Virus record (IMG/VR): IMGVR_UViG_3300020172_005639
Coordinates: 56,523-120,522 of that record
DNA from: a virus
Strand: one strand, 5' to 3'
DNA length: 64,000 nt
Positions 8,745 to 20,263 of this stretch are shown here, piece by piece. The position numbers and the translations under genes are program-made. Numbering within the stretch: position 1 is the first letter of the stretch; each line of letters begins with the position of its first letter. The notes under the pieces are model-generated. The model had not been told where the DNA came from, did no database searches, and saw only the letters and a list, made by a program, of their open reading frames with translations.

Positions 8745-9913
8745 AATTCTTTTCCCACTGCAAGCGCAGCATGGGCAATGGTCTTCTTATGGTCAAGGAG
8801 AAACTCTTTGAGACCGTGAGGTTTACCGTTTTCAAGTTCAACAACCGTCCGATCCCGAAGGACAAGAGAAGGATTCTGATCATCGGTTGCTTCAGCGAGT
8901 TCGGGTGTGAGTCCATCGGTCTCCACTATTGCATACCCAAGCTCATATCGCACAATCCAGCAGCCTATGTGGTCGCTGTCGGTTGGTATGGCAGGGAATA
9001 CCTTTACAGGCACCTTGTAGACGAGTACTGGGAGATCGAGGAGTCCGCCATGTTTCTGCGCGAGTACTCGAATGCGTTTGCCAGCACATCAAAGAACATA
9101 AAGAGGATTGAGCGCGCCCTTGAGCAGCATGGAGTAGTGTTTAAGACAGACAGAATGGGCCAGATGTGCGTCGGGAATAAGTGTAATGTCTGCAAGACTT
9201 TCTGGGGAGGCGAAGATCCCAACGAGCGGTGCCCGAAATGCTATGGAGCCAACATAGAGAGGAGCCTTCTCGCAGATGTCGGTTACTACAAGACGCAAGC
9301 GGTCCCGATACCTCGCCCTTCTCCATCGATTGTAGAGAGAGCCAAGTCCATGCTGGGCAGAAACCCAGTGGGCATTTTTGCGCGTGGCCGTGCTGCATAT
9401 GGGCGCAACCTGCCCTCCTCTTTCTACGAGCGCCTGATCTCACTTCTGGAAAGCATGGGTTACAATCCGATATGGCTGGGCGAGAAGCAGAGCGTTTTGC
9501 CGTGCCCATGCCCCCGCATAACAGACTTCAGCAGAATGCCCGAGTCGCGTGAACTTGAGCTCACTCTGGGGATCATATCGCAACTGAAGTTCACCATCCA
9601 GTTCTGGACTGCATCAACTAGGTTCGCCTCAATGATGGGAACGCCATGGATTCTTTTTGAGACCCCCGACCAGATCGTGGGTAACGGGCAGGAGGGCAAG
9701 AGGATAGCTCTCACTACTGACTTGGACAAGAAGAAGCTTGTGCTGTCGCAGTTCATGAGCGCACTAGAAGACCAAGACGGGACTCTCTCTCTCGTTCGCA
9801 GAGCGGTGGAGGAGCTAGTTGACGGCAACTGGAAGGATGTCCTAGGCCAAGTTGATAATCCCTCCGGGGTCGATGACATGCTCAAGAAGCAAGAAAAGTG
9901 GAGGGTGGCGTGA
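8741..9913 (+). CDS. GT-B (GT9/heptosyltransferase-like) glycosyltransferase with zinc-ribbon insert
   Basis: FSEFGCE, PIWLGEK, FWTASTRFASMMGTP pattern; CxxC...CxxC insert. Confidence 0.55.
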   Translation: MKFFSHCKRSMGNGLLMVKEKLFETVRFTVFKFNNRPIPKDKRRILIIGCFSEFGCESIGLHYCIPKLISHNPAAYVVAVGWYGREYLYRHLVDEYWEIEESAMFLREYSNAFASTSKNIKRIERALEQHGVVFKTDRMGQMCVGNKCNVCKTFWGGEDPNERCPKCYGANIERSLLADVGYYKTQAVPIPRPSPSIVERAKSMLGRNPVGIFARGRAAYGRNLPSSFYERLISLLESMGYNPIWLGEKQSVLPCPCPRITDFSRMPESRELELTLGIISQLKFTIQFWTASTRFASMMGTPWILFETPDQIVGNGQEGKRIALTTDLDKKKLVLSQFMSALEDQDGTLSLVRRAVEELVDGNWKDVLGQVDNPSGVDDMLKKQEKWRVA

Positions 9914-11055
9914 TCTCCGTACCTGATTTCCTGAAAAGGGCCGCAGACAGGAACGGCTTCGTGCGGGAGCGCTTCTCCGATGCAAACGCGCCGACTGACT
10001 TCACAAGCATCTGCATCATGCCTTTCTTCGGGGACTCCAGAGGCAGCGCCATACTATCAAGTCTACTTCTCAACAGGTACAGGTCGGAGGTCAGAGGTTC
10101 CAAGTATTTCATTCTGGCCTCTTGGCCTGGGATGCAGGGGCTTTTCCCCTACGTCGACGAATACTGGGCTTTCAATGATCAGGCAGTCATCAAGCGCTTC
10201 TACGAGGGGGCGGATGAGCTCCGAAACACCTCCGACCTAACCCCCACCTTCTTGAGAAACCTAAATGAGTTCTTCAGGGAGGTCATTGACGCCAAGGATC
10301 TCCAGAAGTATTACAGGAACGGGCTGACTAATGCGTTCTTCGAGAGGTTTACCGACACAAAGAGGTTCCTTCCATTCATCCCCAGCCTCTCGATACTGGG
10401 CAAGGAGTTCAACCGTGACTTCATGACGAAGTCTGGCTACAAGGTCTTCATCCACCCATCGATATTCTGCAAGTTCTGGCAGTACGGGACGAGCAATAAC
10501 CTGAGGACGAAGAGGGAGTTCTGGGTTGAACTCTGCAAGCACCTGCACTCCGAGGGAATGACGCCAGTGGTCTGGCAGAATTTCAACGCTTGGGACATCG
10601 CTGAGGATGTGAAAGAGTATGCAGTCGTTTATCGCGACAACGACATGATTAGGGCGCTCTGCTTAATGAGGTCGTGCTCAGTCGTTTTGGACTGCTTCAA
10701 CGGCCTCGGTAGATTTGGGCTTATCGCTCGCACTCCGATTCTGGCGTTGGACGAGGGCTCCAGGTATACCTACACCAGAGAGCGGGAGATAGACGATTTG
10801 CTCGGAGGCAAGAGCACTCCTCGACAATATATTTTCACTTTTTGCACTATTTTAACAGACGGCAGCCCTGAGTTCTGGAAGAGCGACATCTTCAGGAACA
10901 TATCGGGAAAGCTGGATTACATGTTGCCAGCCATAGACAGGGATTTGTTGGCTTCAACTTCAGAGTCACAGGAGTTAGTGCCATACGCTGACGCCGTGCA
11001 CCTTAAGAAGCGAAAACGGCTCGGCACAAGGTTCATCAAGATCGAACACGATTGA
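9910..11055 (+). CDS. Glycosyltransferase-like (GT9-like) protein
   Basis: GTG start with SD GGAGG overlapping the previous stop; FPYVDEYW, EFWVEL, LIARTP resemble GT9 features. Confidence 0.5.
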   Translation: MISVPDFLKRAADRNGFVRERFSDANAPTDFTSICIMPFFGDSRGSAILSSLLLNRYRSEVRGSKYFILASWPGMQGLFPYVDEYWAFNDQAVIKRFYEGADELRNTSDLTPTFLRNLNEFFREVIDAKDLQKYYRNGLTNAFFERFTDTKRFLPFIPSLSILGKEFNRDFMTKSGYKVFIHPSIFCKFWQYGTSNNLRTKREFWVELCKHLHSEGMTPVVWQNFNAWDIAEDVKEYAVVYRDNDMIRALCLMRSCSVVLDCFNGLGRFGLIARTPILALDEGSRYTYTREREIDDLLGGKSTPRQYIFTFCTILTDGSPEFWKSDIFRNISGKLDYMLPAIDRDLLASTSESQELVPYADAVHLKKRKRLGTRFIKIEHD

Positions 11056-11064
11056 GGATTTAAA

Positions 11065-11340
11065 ATGGCATGCAGAGTTGAGGTGAGGGATCTCCCTTCC
11101 AATCCCACATGGTACGAGCGTGAGATTGCTTTCAAGAAAATGTTCGCAGCCTTTAACAAAAAGGTCGCCGAAGCAGGCATCAGGCAGGCGCTGAAGGAGC
11201 GGGAGTATTACGAGAGCCCCGGACAATCAAGGAGGCGCAAGCGGCGCGAGTCCGAGAACCAGCGACTGAAAGAAAAGCTGCGCGAGAACTTCCCCCAGAA
11301 GAGGAAGCCCAAGAAGAACGACAAGAAGAAGGACAAGTAG
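11065..11340 (+). CDS. rpsU: Ribosomal protein bS21
   Basis: F(N)KKVAEAGIRQALKEREYYESPGQSRRRKR signature. Confidence 0.88.
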   Translation: MACRVEVRDLPSNPTWYEREIAFKKMFAAFNKKVAEAGIRQALKEREYYESPGQSRRRKRRESENQRLKEKLRENFPQKRKPKKNDKKKDK

Positions 11341-11341
11341 G

Positions 11342-11605
11342 ATGAGCAAGAAGGGGACAATCATGAGCCTGCACGTCGACCCCGAGACGCAGGAGAAGAT
11401 GAAGGCCCACGCAAAGAAGCGGAACGTTAGTGTTTCCAAGTTCATTCGCGACCTCGTCGATAAAACCTTGGCCGACCCGAGCGAGGACGTGGATACAGTA
11501 ATCTTTCGCGTGCCCAACTCTGCCAAGAGGGATGTGCACACGCTCACTTCTTGGTTCCAACAGCGCATAGACGCCGTCGTGAGGGCCGTTGTAGGTGAAC
11601 ATTAA
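11342..11605 (+). CDS. Ribbon-helix-helix DNA-binding protein
   Basis: IMSLHVDPETQEKMKAHAKKRNVSVSKFIRDLV. Confidence 0.7.
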   Translation: MSKKGTIMSLHVDPETQEKMKAHAKKRNVSVSKFIRDLVDKTLADPSEDVDTVIFRVPNSAKRDVHTLTSWFQQRIDAVVRAVVGEH

Positions 11606-12107
11606 GTCGGTTGAACTTGAGCTGGTCGCAGAGAGCGCAATACCGGACGCCCAGCCGGCCTCCGGCATCAGCCTAGCAGCACTTTTCGTTGCTGCCCTGA
11701 AAATGGAGCACCTCTGCACCAAGGAGTCAGGCATAGGGTTGAGTGCAGTTCAGGTCGGCATGCCCTGGGAAATATTCGTGGTGCGTCGAGGTTGCGGCAC
11801 GTCATCTGAACATTATGAGTATTACGTGGATTGCAGGTACTTCAGCCAGAGTCATGAAACAATCAAGTCCATAGAGGGATGCCTTTCGCTCAAAAGGGAC
11901 GGCAAGCCCCGAAGGTTTGAGGTTGAGAGGTACAAGCAAGTCAGCATCATAGGTAAAAGGCTGCTGATGGGTCCTGAAGGCTTACCGATATTGGAGGATG
12001 TGGATTTCAAGGAGGAGGGCCTGTACGGCATCGTCTTCCAGCACGAAATTGACCACAGCATGGGAATCCTCATCTCACAGATAGGCACAGAGTTAGAGGT
12101 CGCTTGA
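11595..12107 (+). CDS. def: Peptide deformylase
   Basis: GIGLSAVQVG, EGCLS, QHEIDH motifs. Confidence 0.93.
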   Translation: MNIKSVELELVAESAIPDAQPASGISLAALFVAALKMEHLCTKESGIGLSAVQVGMPWEIFVVRRGCGTSSEHYEYYVDCRYFSQSHETIKSIEGCLSLKRDGKPRRFEVERYKQVSIIGKRLLMGPEGLPILEDVDFKEEGLYGIVFQHEIDHSMGILISQIGTELEVA

Positions 12108-12108
12108 A

Positions 12109-12381
12109 ATGTTGAGTCTTAAGCAGTTGGATGACATTTGCATGGTCGATAACAATAGTTCTGAAAGGTGCAGATATCTGACGACGGACGAGAACGAGTT
12201 CGGCAAGTTCTACTGCATGAAGCTTTCCTCGCGACGGCAACAGATCGATCAGGAAGTCGAGGAATATCTTGTGGAGATGCGCAGGCTGGGTAGGGATCCT
12301 AACCACAATCTTCCGCTAGGCGACAACTGCCAAGGCTACCCGCTCTTCAGGAATATTGAGCAGGGATACGACAAGCACTAG
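12109..12381 (+). CDS. Hypothetical Cys-containing protein
   Basis: 90-aa ORF directly after def. Confidence 0.7.
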   Translation: MLSLKQLDDICMVDNNSSERCRYLTTDENEFGKFYCMKLSSRRQQIDQEVEEYLVEMRRLGRDPNHNLPLGDNCQGYPLFRNIEQGYDKH

Positions 12382-12878
12382 ATAAGGCGCCGCTTGATCA
12401 TCAGATAAACTTCTCTTGCCCTTTTGTCGTCTACGGCCGCCTTCAGAATCGATTCGTTGAGAATAGGGCTGTTGAACCTCGCTATCTCCCTGGCCATCAT
12501 TTCGGTTGCTCTCTCGCTCTTGATTGCCCTGTCGCGATAGTACCAGAGGAACATGCCTAGGACGATGATTGAGAAGATGAAGATCAGAGCACCATCCCCC
12601 TGTATTATCTGAATGCCCGTGTTCTCGTTCCTTGAAACTGCTGCATTCAGGTTCAAAAGTCCCGACTGTATCTCCTTCAGCTTGCTGTTCTGGTAGCTCA
12701 TTTCTTGCCTGATCTTGCCCAGCTCTGCCATGACGCCGTTTTGGTTGCTTTTGATGTCCTCAATTTTACCGTTGTTGTCGATCTTGGGTTGATTCCTAGG
12801 ATTGAAGTTGGCGCACCCGCTACAGATCGCTGAAATCACAAGAACGACCAATGTAGCTGTCTTAATTTTCCTGTTCAT
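12378..12878 (-). CDS. Putative lipoprotein with coiled coil and C-terminal TM helix
   Basis: Signal peptide with lipobox-like CSGC; TM IFIFSIIVLGMFLWYY; SD GAGG; TAAATA box at 12933-12938 (-). Confidence 0.7.
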   Translation of the reverse strand: MNRKIKTATLVVLVISAICSGCANFNPRNQPKIDNNGKIEDIKSNQNGVMAELGKIRQEMSYQNSKLKEIQSGLLNLNAAVSRNENTGIQIIQGDGALIFIFSIIVLGMFLWYYRDRAIKSERATEMMAREIARFNSPILNESILKAAVDDKRAREVYLMIKRRLI

Positions 12879-13020
12879 ATTTTCCTCTTGCGCTGTGTCT
12901 TGTCTGACATACAATTATTTTTCCCATTTATGTATTTACGTCGGTCGTAAATGAGGTATAGTCATTCGATTTCAAGGAATCGCGTTTGCAAAGGGCGCGT
13001 CAAGCACAAGGAGGTGTCAA

Positions 13021-13437
13021 GTGGCTCTGCACATCAATCATTTTCTGGACGAAGAAATCGACTCACATTCACTCTTTACTGAAGAAGAGAGGAATGCTGC
13101 CGAGCAGACGAGGCAGGTGGAGGTTGCAAAAGTCCACATGCTGCGCTTCTTCGCCGACAAGCGTCTCCACACGGGCGGTCAGGTCAGCAAGGCTTTCCTC
13201 TTTAAGGACCGTCGGCTGTCGATGGTTATGAGATTCTCCATAGCGGAGGGCGTCGATCGCGCCTACATTGCGCTGGAGGAGTTGAGCGGAAACGTCATGG
13301 GTGGCCTTCCAGGCGACACGCAACTTGTTCTTGACACTCTCAATCTGCTCAGTCAATCGGGAGTGCCCCAGAAATATGCGGGCGGCATGCTATGCGTATA
13401 TCTTGAGCTCATAGAGGGATACTTTTTTGCACCGTGA
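13021..13437 (+). CDS. Hypothetical protein
   Basis: GTG start with strong SD AGGAGG. Confidence 0.7.
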   Translation: MALHINHFLDEEIDSHSLFTEEERNAAEQTRQVEVAKVHMLRFFADKRLHTGGQVSKAFLFKDRRLSMVMRFSIAEGVDRAYIALEELSGNVMGGLPGDTQLVLDTLNLLSQSGVPQKYAGGMLCVYLELIEGYFFAP

Positions 13438-13438
13438 T

Positions 13439-13725
13439 ATGGCTTGGGTCGGGAGGCTTTACGAAACTTCCGAAATTCCCAAAGATAAGCGATACTTGCT
13501 TAAATACTTCAGCAATCCTCTACAAGAGGCCGTCCTGCGGTATCAGCTTGTCTTTGGGGACACCAAGAACTTTGTTGACCACACTGGCATAGTGGTGCAA
13601 GAGCGATGGCTAAAGACTTTGAGGGAGCGCATGGAGGAGTTGGAGGAAGCGAAAAAGACTGCTAGGGCTTTGCTGGACTTCACGAAACTTGCAGAGATAG
13701 AGTCGGGAGACTACAAGGCGGAAAA

Positions 13726-13729
<4 letters not shown>
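13439..13729 (+). CDS. Hypothetical protein
   Basis: Coupled to neighbours; ATGA overlap with rfbB. Confidence 0.65.
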
Positions 13730-14694
<965 letters not shown>

Positions 14695-14726
14695 GCGAAA
14701 TCTGCGTATCCGTAATACATACATTT

Positions 14727-14948
14727 ATGTCACTCATATCCTATTCAGAATGGAAGGCCAAGTACTCCGAATCCAGTCCGATGACCCGGATTAGGGCCGG
14801 CCTGCCAAACCAGTATCCGATGCCTGCCGATGTAATGTCGCGAAGCACTCCCTCGCCAGAGGTGATGAAGATGGCAATCGCTAAGTTCGGGAGTCTAGGT
14901 CGCAAAAAGAAGTCCTCAAAGAAAAGCTTTAAAAAGAAAAAGAGGTAG
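14727..14948 (+). CDS. Small basic late protein
   Basis: TACATA box 5 nt before ATG; Lys-rich tail. Confidence 0.65.
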   Translation: MSLISYSEWKAKYSESSPMTRIRAGLPNQYPMPADVMSRSTPSPEVMKMAIAKFGSLGRKKKSSKKSFKKKKR

Positions 14949-14949
14949 C

Positions 14950-15420
14950 ATGGACTTTTTCTCGCTCCATGACCTACTTGAGGCGAAGAAGTCCCGAACA
15001 TCACCCGTGGCCCGTGGCGACATGGACCGATGGCTGAAGTCCGTGGAGGATCTTGCCCGTGATCTTGAGCAATTCAAGAAGGTGAAGAAGGAAACCGACA
15101 AGAAGGTTAAGGAGCTGAAGCGCAAGCATAAGGAGGCCAAGGAGAGGACCGAGAGGCTTGCGAGGGAAAAGGAGGCTGCTCAAGCGAGAACGAAGGCCGA
15201 CTTGCTGAGAGCCAAGAGGGATAGGGATGCCAAGCGAGAGTCTGAGGTTGACGAAAAGGGCAAGCGCAAGGAAAAGACTGATGCTCAGAAGGCCCAAAAG
15301 AAGACCCGGCCCGATAAGAACCAAAACATCACCAAGTCGCGCCGTATAATTGGAAAGAAGGGGCAGCGCCGTGACGGAAGACAACAGACAGCTCGTACCC
15401 GTAGACCAGCAGAGGAATAA
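14950..15420 (+). CDS. Highly basic coiled-coil protein (possible DNA-condensing or virion protein)
   Basis: SD GAGG; K/R/E-rich. Confidence 0.65.
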   Translation: MDFFSLHDLLEAKKSRTSPVARGDMDRWLKSVEDLARDLEQFKKVKKETDKKVKELKRKHKEAKERTERLAREKEAAQARTKADLLRAKRDRDAKRESEVDEKGKRKEKTDAQKAQKKTRPDKNQNITKSRRIIGKKGQRRDGRQQTARTRRPAEE

Positions 15421-15826
15421 CGCATTCCTCAGGCTTCTGCGCAAGGTTCACCGCAATATCTGCGTCGTGCCGACGAAGTCCTCAACCGTCGTCGTCCTCG
15501 TGGCGGTGAACCGAGATCCCAGCCAAAACATCATAAGAAAGCTAAGTTGCAGGCGTGGAATCCCTATCGGGGGCTACGTGTACGATGTGCAGGCTGACTC
15601 TTACTTTTATAATTGCGAGGACTTTCTGCATCTTGGGTCTGTGCCCGTTTCCTTCATGATCAGAATGCAAGAGGATTTTGAGTGGCAGGAATACGTGCCC
15701 ATGCCCGAGTCCGTGATCAAAACCTTTCTGACCAAGGGGCAGAAGAAGATGCTCTCTTCTTTTCGACGACGTTTCAAGTCGCCCGAACACACCATATCGC
15801 TAGTTCAACTTATAGACCCTAATTAA
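15350..15826 (+). CDS. Hypothetical protein (start uncertain)
   Basis: ORF filling the gap before 15855. Confidence 0.55.
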   Translation: MERRGSAVTEDNRQLVPVDQQRNNAFLRLLRKVHRNICVVPTKSSTVVVLVAVNRDPSQNIIRKLSCRRGIPIGGYVYDVQADSYFYNCEDFLHLGSVPVSFMIRMQEDFEWQEYVPMPESVIKTFLTKGQKKMLSSFRRRFKSPEHTISLVQLIDPN

Positions 15827-15854
15827 ATTCCCTGCACGCCCCATAAATAAACTC

Positions 15855-16673
15855 ATGGCATGTTATTCAGGTTCCGGCTACACTTCAGGCATAGGGTGCT
15901 CCACTCAGGCTGGTTGTCCCGATGAGTATGGTTGCATACCGGGCAAGTGTCCCGACTTTACAATCCGAAGGCACGACACCAAGCCTGCATTCAAGGTCAG
16001 GGTTGAGGACTGCGATGGCCCCCTTGACCTGACAGACCTTGTCCTTGAGGCCTCAATGTGGGCCAAGGGAAGGCTCAAGACTGCGATCGACACGGACGAC
16101 ACGGTGATTGGACTAGCCGATAATATCGGCTTTAATCAGATTATGGTTGGCGATGTGATTCTGATGGAGCAAACGCGCTCGCCTGAGAAGATGCTTGTTC
16201 TGGGCTTTGACGAGTCGAACAGGGTTTTCGAGGTGCAGAGGGGTTATCACGGCACACCAGTTCAATCATGGAGGAAGGGGTCTAGGCTGAAGATCATAAA
16301 GTTCACCAACGCCAGCGGCTCCACCGAGATGGTATATCACGATGAGCTTCAGTTGGACGGTAACATTACGCAGGATGTGCTTCTGGACAGTTACCTCGTC
16401 TATGACTTCTCTGCAAACGACACATGCTTGCCTGGTTGCTACCACATGGAATTCAAGCTCATAAAGATGCTCCTCTTGGAGGTATCGGCACAATCGGATA
16501 TCCCAAGCGGCCTTTTGCCGAGCAATATCATTCCCAGCTTTACTCCTTCGAGTTATACGCCATCCAACTTTGACTGTGGTATGGCTCCTGGTATAGAGTG
16601 GATTCGTCGTTTCCCGGTTGATGGCGAGGGATTCCTCATCAAAATCTGGGATTCTCCCACCATCGATGACTGA
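15855..16673 (+). CDS. Putative virion structural protein (baseplate/tail-associated)
   Basis: TAAATA box 5 nt upstream; FTIRRHDTKPAF, VQRGYHGT, YDFSANDT motifs seen in tail-associated proteins. Confidence 0.55.
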   Translation: MACYSGSGYTSGIGCSTQAGCPDEYGCIPGKCPDFTIRRHDTKPAFKVRVEDCDGPLDLTDLVLEASMWAKGRLKTAIDTDDTVIGLADNIGFNQIMVGDVILMEQTRSPEKMLVLGFDESNRVFEVQRGYHGTPVQSWRKGSRLKIIKFTNASGSTEMVYHDELQLDGNITQDVLLDSYLVYDFSANDTCLPGCYHMEFKLIKMLLLEVSAQSDIPSGLLPSNIIPSFTPSSYTPSNFDCGMAPGIEWIRRFPVDGEGFLIKIWDSPTIDD

Positions 16674-16705
16674 GTTTCTTGGCCACAGCAAGAGAGAGAG
16701 AGCAA

Positions 16706-17278
16706 ATGACATCCGGTTTTTACGGCAGGGGCAAGCGCTTCGGCAGGGACACTAAAGATCCCCGGCAGCAGGATGAGCACAGGATAAACTACCACATTCG
16801 CGTTCCGCAGATACGAGTGATTCGCGAGGAAGAGCAGCTCGGGGTCATGTCCACGGATGAGGCCCGTCGCATTGCCCAAGACGAGGGCATGGACCTTGTT
16901 GAGATAGTTCCCACTGCAAAGCCTCCCGTCTGCAGAATCATGGATTACGGCAGGTACAAGTTTGAGCAGGCAATCAAGAAGAAAGAGGCCGCAAAAAAGC
17001 AGAGGGAATCGCAGTCTCAGCTCAAGGAGATTCGATTAAGGCCTGGCATCGCCGAACATGACGCAGAGATAAAAGTCGCTCAAGCCAAGAAATTCCTTGC
17101 CGAGGGCAACAAGGTGCAGTTCTTTCTCCGGTTTCGTGGTCACAGGGAGATGGCACTCAAGGAGCAGGGTTTCAGGGTCGTACAGAAAATCATAGAGATG
17201 CTTTCTGAAGAATCTATTCTAGAGAGGTCCCCAAGCATGGAGGGCCGCTCGATTATTTGCGTGCTCTCACCCAAGTAA
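16706..17278 (+). CDS. infC: Translation initiation factor IF-3
   Basis: RINYHIRVPQIRVI, DLVEIVPTAKPPVCRIMDYGRYKF, LKEIRLRPGIAEHD, FRGHRE. Confidence 0.95.
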   Translation: MTSGFYGRGKRFGRDTKDPRQQDEHRINYHIRVPQIRVIREEEQLGVMSTDEARRIAQDEGMDLVEIVPTAKPPVCRIMDYGRYKFEQAIKKKEAAKKQRESQSQLKEIRLRPGIAEHDAEIKVAQAKKFLAEGNKVQFFLRFRGHREMALKEQGFRVVQKIIEMLSEESILERSPSMEGRSIICVLSPK

Positions 17279-17289
17279 AGAGGCGGAGT

Positions 17290-18531
17290 ATGGTTTCGGA
17301 TGATCTGCTTGAGCGCGCACGGGCTCTTCAAGAGACTGTTCTGTCACGTCTCGCCTCTGGGCCGCCGTCGGTCGGCCATCAAAGGCCCGAGTTGCTCAAA
17401 AGAATTAAGAATTACCCGATTGAGTTGCTCAAGTTTGCCCTCGGCGATTTCGGCGTGTCCCTTGGCTCATTCGTCAAAACTCTTGATCTCGATCACCCCG
17501 AGTGCCACTCCGTAAGCGAATTGATATTCGGGGTCGATGGGTCCTTTGCGAAGAACTTCATGGACTTTTTGTCCATCGCTGAATTCTCAAAGCAAAACTC
17601 CTTGGATAGCTGCTTTCCTTTTCTCGGGAAAACTATGGTGAAGGAGTACATCAACAAGTCCCTTTACAAGAAGTTGGAATCTGGGCAGATCGCCCGGAGC
17701 TACATACGTCTCGTCCAGGATGCACCGCATAGGCAGGCTTTGAGAAAAAGCAAGAACACTCAGATTATCGACTTGCAGATGTTAAGCAGGAAGGGCGATG
17801 ACTTCTGGAACGCGCAGTGCGACAACTTCGATAGATTCATCAGATTTGACAGCGCCTATGAGAAGGAGATCGAAACTGCGGAGAGGAAGAGGAGCAGATA
17901 CGAGGAGATGGGCTGTACGACCCTCGCTTCGGAGATAGCCAGAAGTATTGGGGTCTTTAGGGAAAATGCGCAGAACGCATACTATGGGTTCAACCGGGTC
18001 ACGATGACTAGCGTCGCAGTTATACTTGCGAAGTTTTTGGGCTACAGATATGTCGAAGAGAAGCAGTACAATATCGGCGGCCACAGCTACACATCGGAGT
18101 CAAGGATCGTAATCGACCAGAGTTGTTTCGGCGACTACAGGTTTGCAATAGACAGGATTGTGTCGGGCCTTACGCAAGATGAGGCCATGGGCAAGATACT
18201 TGGCGCCGACCATGTGTACCGTCCAAAGATATATTCCTACCAGAACATGATCGACTTGGCACCAGATGGCGTGCGAAAAATAGTGGATACTCTAGAGTCC
18301 TTCCCAGAGGCAAACGGCAAGCCCGTTTTCGACCACTTTGGCGTGATCGTTCCGAGCGTAATCTACTCCGAAAGCTGTTTTCGGGACAGCATAGGCCTGA
18401 TCAGAAAAATCGATGACATGCAAGAACTCAGCGTTCTCCTTGACAGGTCACTTGTTAAAACCAAGTCCGTCATTCCCGTTCTTATTGGGGAGAGGGACAA
18501 TAAGTGTTACTTCATTTCTTTGTGGGTATAG
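17290..18531 (+). CDS. Hypothetical protein
   Basis: 413-aa ORF; SD GGAG. Confidence 0.75.
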   Translation: MVSDDLLERARALQETVLSRLASGPPSVGHQRPELLKRIKNYPIELLKFALGDFGVSLGSFVKTLDLDHPECHSVSELIFGVDGSFAKNFMDFLSIAEFSKQNSLDSCFPFLGKTMVKEYINKSLYKKLESGQIARSYIRLVQDAPHRQALRKSKNTQIIDLQMLSRKGDDFWNAQCDNFDRFIRFDSAYEKEIETAERKRSRYEEMGCTTLASEIARSIGVFRENAQNAYYGFNRVTMTSVAVILAKFLGYRYVEEKQYNIGGHSYTSESRIVIDQSCFGDYRFAIDRIVSGLTQDEAMGKILGADHVYRPKIYSYQNMIDLAPDGVRKIVDTLESFPEANGKPVFDHFGVIVPSVIYSESCFRDSIGLIRKIDDMQELSVLLDRSLVKTKSVIPVLIGERDNKCYFISLWV

Positions 18532-18533
18532 CC

Positions 18534-18818
18534 ATGCTTTACAGTCTCAACAGGGAAGAGCTTCTCAACTTCGCAAAGATGGTCTTTGATGCTAGCGTCG
18601 ACAACTATGTCGACTTGCGTGAGCAGACTTGCGAGCATATCTTGGACTCATTTCTTGCTGACAAAAAAACTTCTGTATCAAACACTCATTTTAGTTACAA
18701 CCCAGGTGCGATCAGCGTCTTCCCGACAGTTGATTTCTCCAACTCGGCGAACGTCTTCATGGTTAGCGATGGCATGATCACCTCGGGGTTGGTGACAAAC
18801 ATAAACTCAGCGAGCTGA
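18534..18818 (+). CDS. Hypothetical protein
   Basis: Short ORF in operon. Confidence 0.55.
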   Translation: MLYSLNREELLNFAKMVFDASVDNYVDLREQTCEHILDSFLADKKTSVSNTHFSYNPGAISVFPTVDFSNSANVFMVSDGMITSGLVTNINSAS

Positions 18819-18833
18819 AAGGTTCATAAGGCC

Positions 18834-19196
18834 ATGGCAAAGAGCAAGATTATCACCACCGATAACATACTGCCCCTGATCGGTTCAGACCCGGTCGTGT
18901 CGAGGGTGGTTGGGGTCAAGCCCTGCGGTTCGCAGGTGCTTGTCGAAATCCTTACACCACAGGAGATGATGGGCACGACCCTCGCAGTCGGCGACAAAGC
19001 CGACCTGAAGGTGCCGCTTCAGGGATACGTGAAGGCGGTCGGGCCGGGATTCAAGGGCGAGGACTACGGGTTCAAAGTCGGTGATCGCGTCTTGATCTCC
19101 GGCAGCGGCATCATGGCTCCAGAGTATGACGACTGCCACCGCACTCGTTTCTTTATGGAGCCACACGCAATCAAAAGCGTATTACTTGAGGAATGA
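18834..19196 (+). CDS. groS: Co-chaperonin GroES-like protein
   Basis: KPCGSQVLVE, QGYVKAVGPG, FKVGDRVL. Confidence 0.8.
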   Translation: MAKSKIITTDNILPLIGSDPVVSRVVGVKPCGSQVLVEILTPQEMMGTTLAVGDKADLKVPLQGYVKAVGPGFKGEDYGFKVGDRVLISGSGIMAPEYDDCHRTRFFMEPHAIKSVLLEE

Positions 19197-20263
19197 AACC
19201 AGACTACTACGCCGTTCTCGGGGTGAGCAAGGAGGCCACTCAGGACGAGATCACCAAGGCTTACCGCAAGGGAGCCAAGACTCACCATCCCGACGTCAAC
19301 CCAGGCGATCCCGAGGCGCCCAAGCGCTTTCAGGAGATTCAAGAAGCACACGATATCCTGTCCGACCAGAACAAGCGCGCGCAGTATGACGCTAGGTCGT
19401 CGGGTATGTTCTTCCGTAGGCGACCAGATGGTGATGGATCGCCATTCGGCAGCCCCTTCATGGACATGATGAGTGAGGTCTTGTCGCGCAAAAGCTTCAA
19501 AGGCAAGAACGCTCACGCAAAGGTCGATATCGACCTTCGGGATGTCATGTCGGGATGCACAAAGACCCTGGTTGTCAACGTCCGTACCAAATGCGATGAC
19601 TGCAAGGGCAGCGGGGTCGCAAGCACCCAGTCTTGCGACCAATGCCATGGCTCTGGTTTTTTGGTGGTGAACAACGCTCCATTCGAGTTTCGCCAGAATT
19701 GCTTCGGCTGCCAAGGCACTGGCAGGGTTAACCCCCAGCCATGCGAAGCGTGTCGAGGCATGGGGGCCAAGGGGGAACACGAAAGGTCGATCCAACTGCG
19801 AATTCCAGCCGGCATAGAAAGCGGCATGAGCATTCGCATTCATGGTCAGGGCGAGGAAAGCATCAACGATGGTTCGCTAGGCGATCTTATAGTTGCTGTG
19901 TCCGTGAAGCCCCACCCTGTTTTCACAAGAGATGGCGCAGACCTTCATATGGACGTCCCTGTGACCTACACACAGCTAGCGCTGGGGACCGACCTCCCAA
20001 TTTTGGGGTTGCATGGGGAAGAAATGGTCGTGAAAGTGCCATGCAGGGCCCCGTCCCATGCCAAACTCAAGCTCAAGGGCAGGGGTCTGGCCTTCCCAAA
20101 CGGCATCGTTGGCGACCTTTACGTCACGATCAAGCTCGAAACTCCCAAAGAGATTTCTGGAAGGCACGCCGAGCTTATCGCAGAGCTCTCTAGCATTGAG
20201 TCCACGCTTAAATTGCCGAGGCGTGAAGCATGGATAAAAAACATGGCAACTGTCAATACATAG
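19193..20263 (+). CDS. dnaJ: Chaperone DnaJ
   Basis: J domain DYYAVLGV...HPD; four CxxCxGxG repeats; C-terminal IPAGI and GDL motifs. Confidence 0.95.
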   Translation: MKPDYYAVLGVSKEATQDEITKAYRKGAKTHHPDVNPGDPEAPKRFQEIQEAHDILSDQNKRAQYDARSSGMFFRRRPDGDGSPFGSPFMDMMSEVLSRKSFKGKNAHAKVDIDLRDVMSGCTKTLVVNVRTKCDDCKGSGVASTQSCDQCHGSGFLVVNNAPFEFRQNCFGCQGTGRVNPQPCEACRGMGAKGEHERSIQLRIPAGIESGMSIRIHGQGEESINDGSLGDLIVAVSVKPHPVFTRDGADLHMDVPVTYTQLALGTDLPILGLHGEEMVVKVPCRAPSHAKLKLKGRGLAFPNGIVGDLYVTIKLETPKEISGRHAELIAELSSIESTLKLPRREAWIKNMATVNT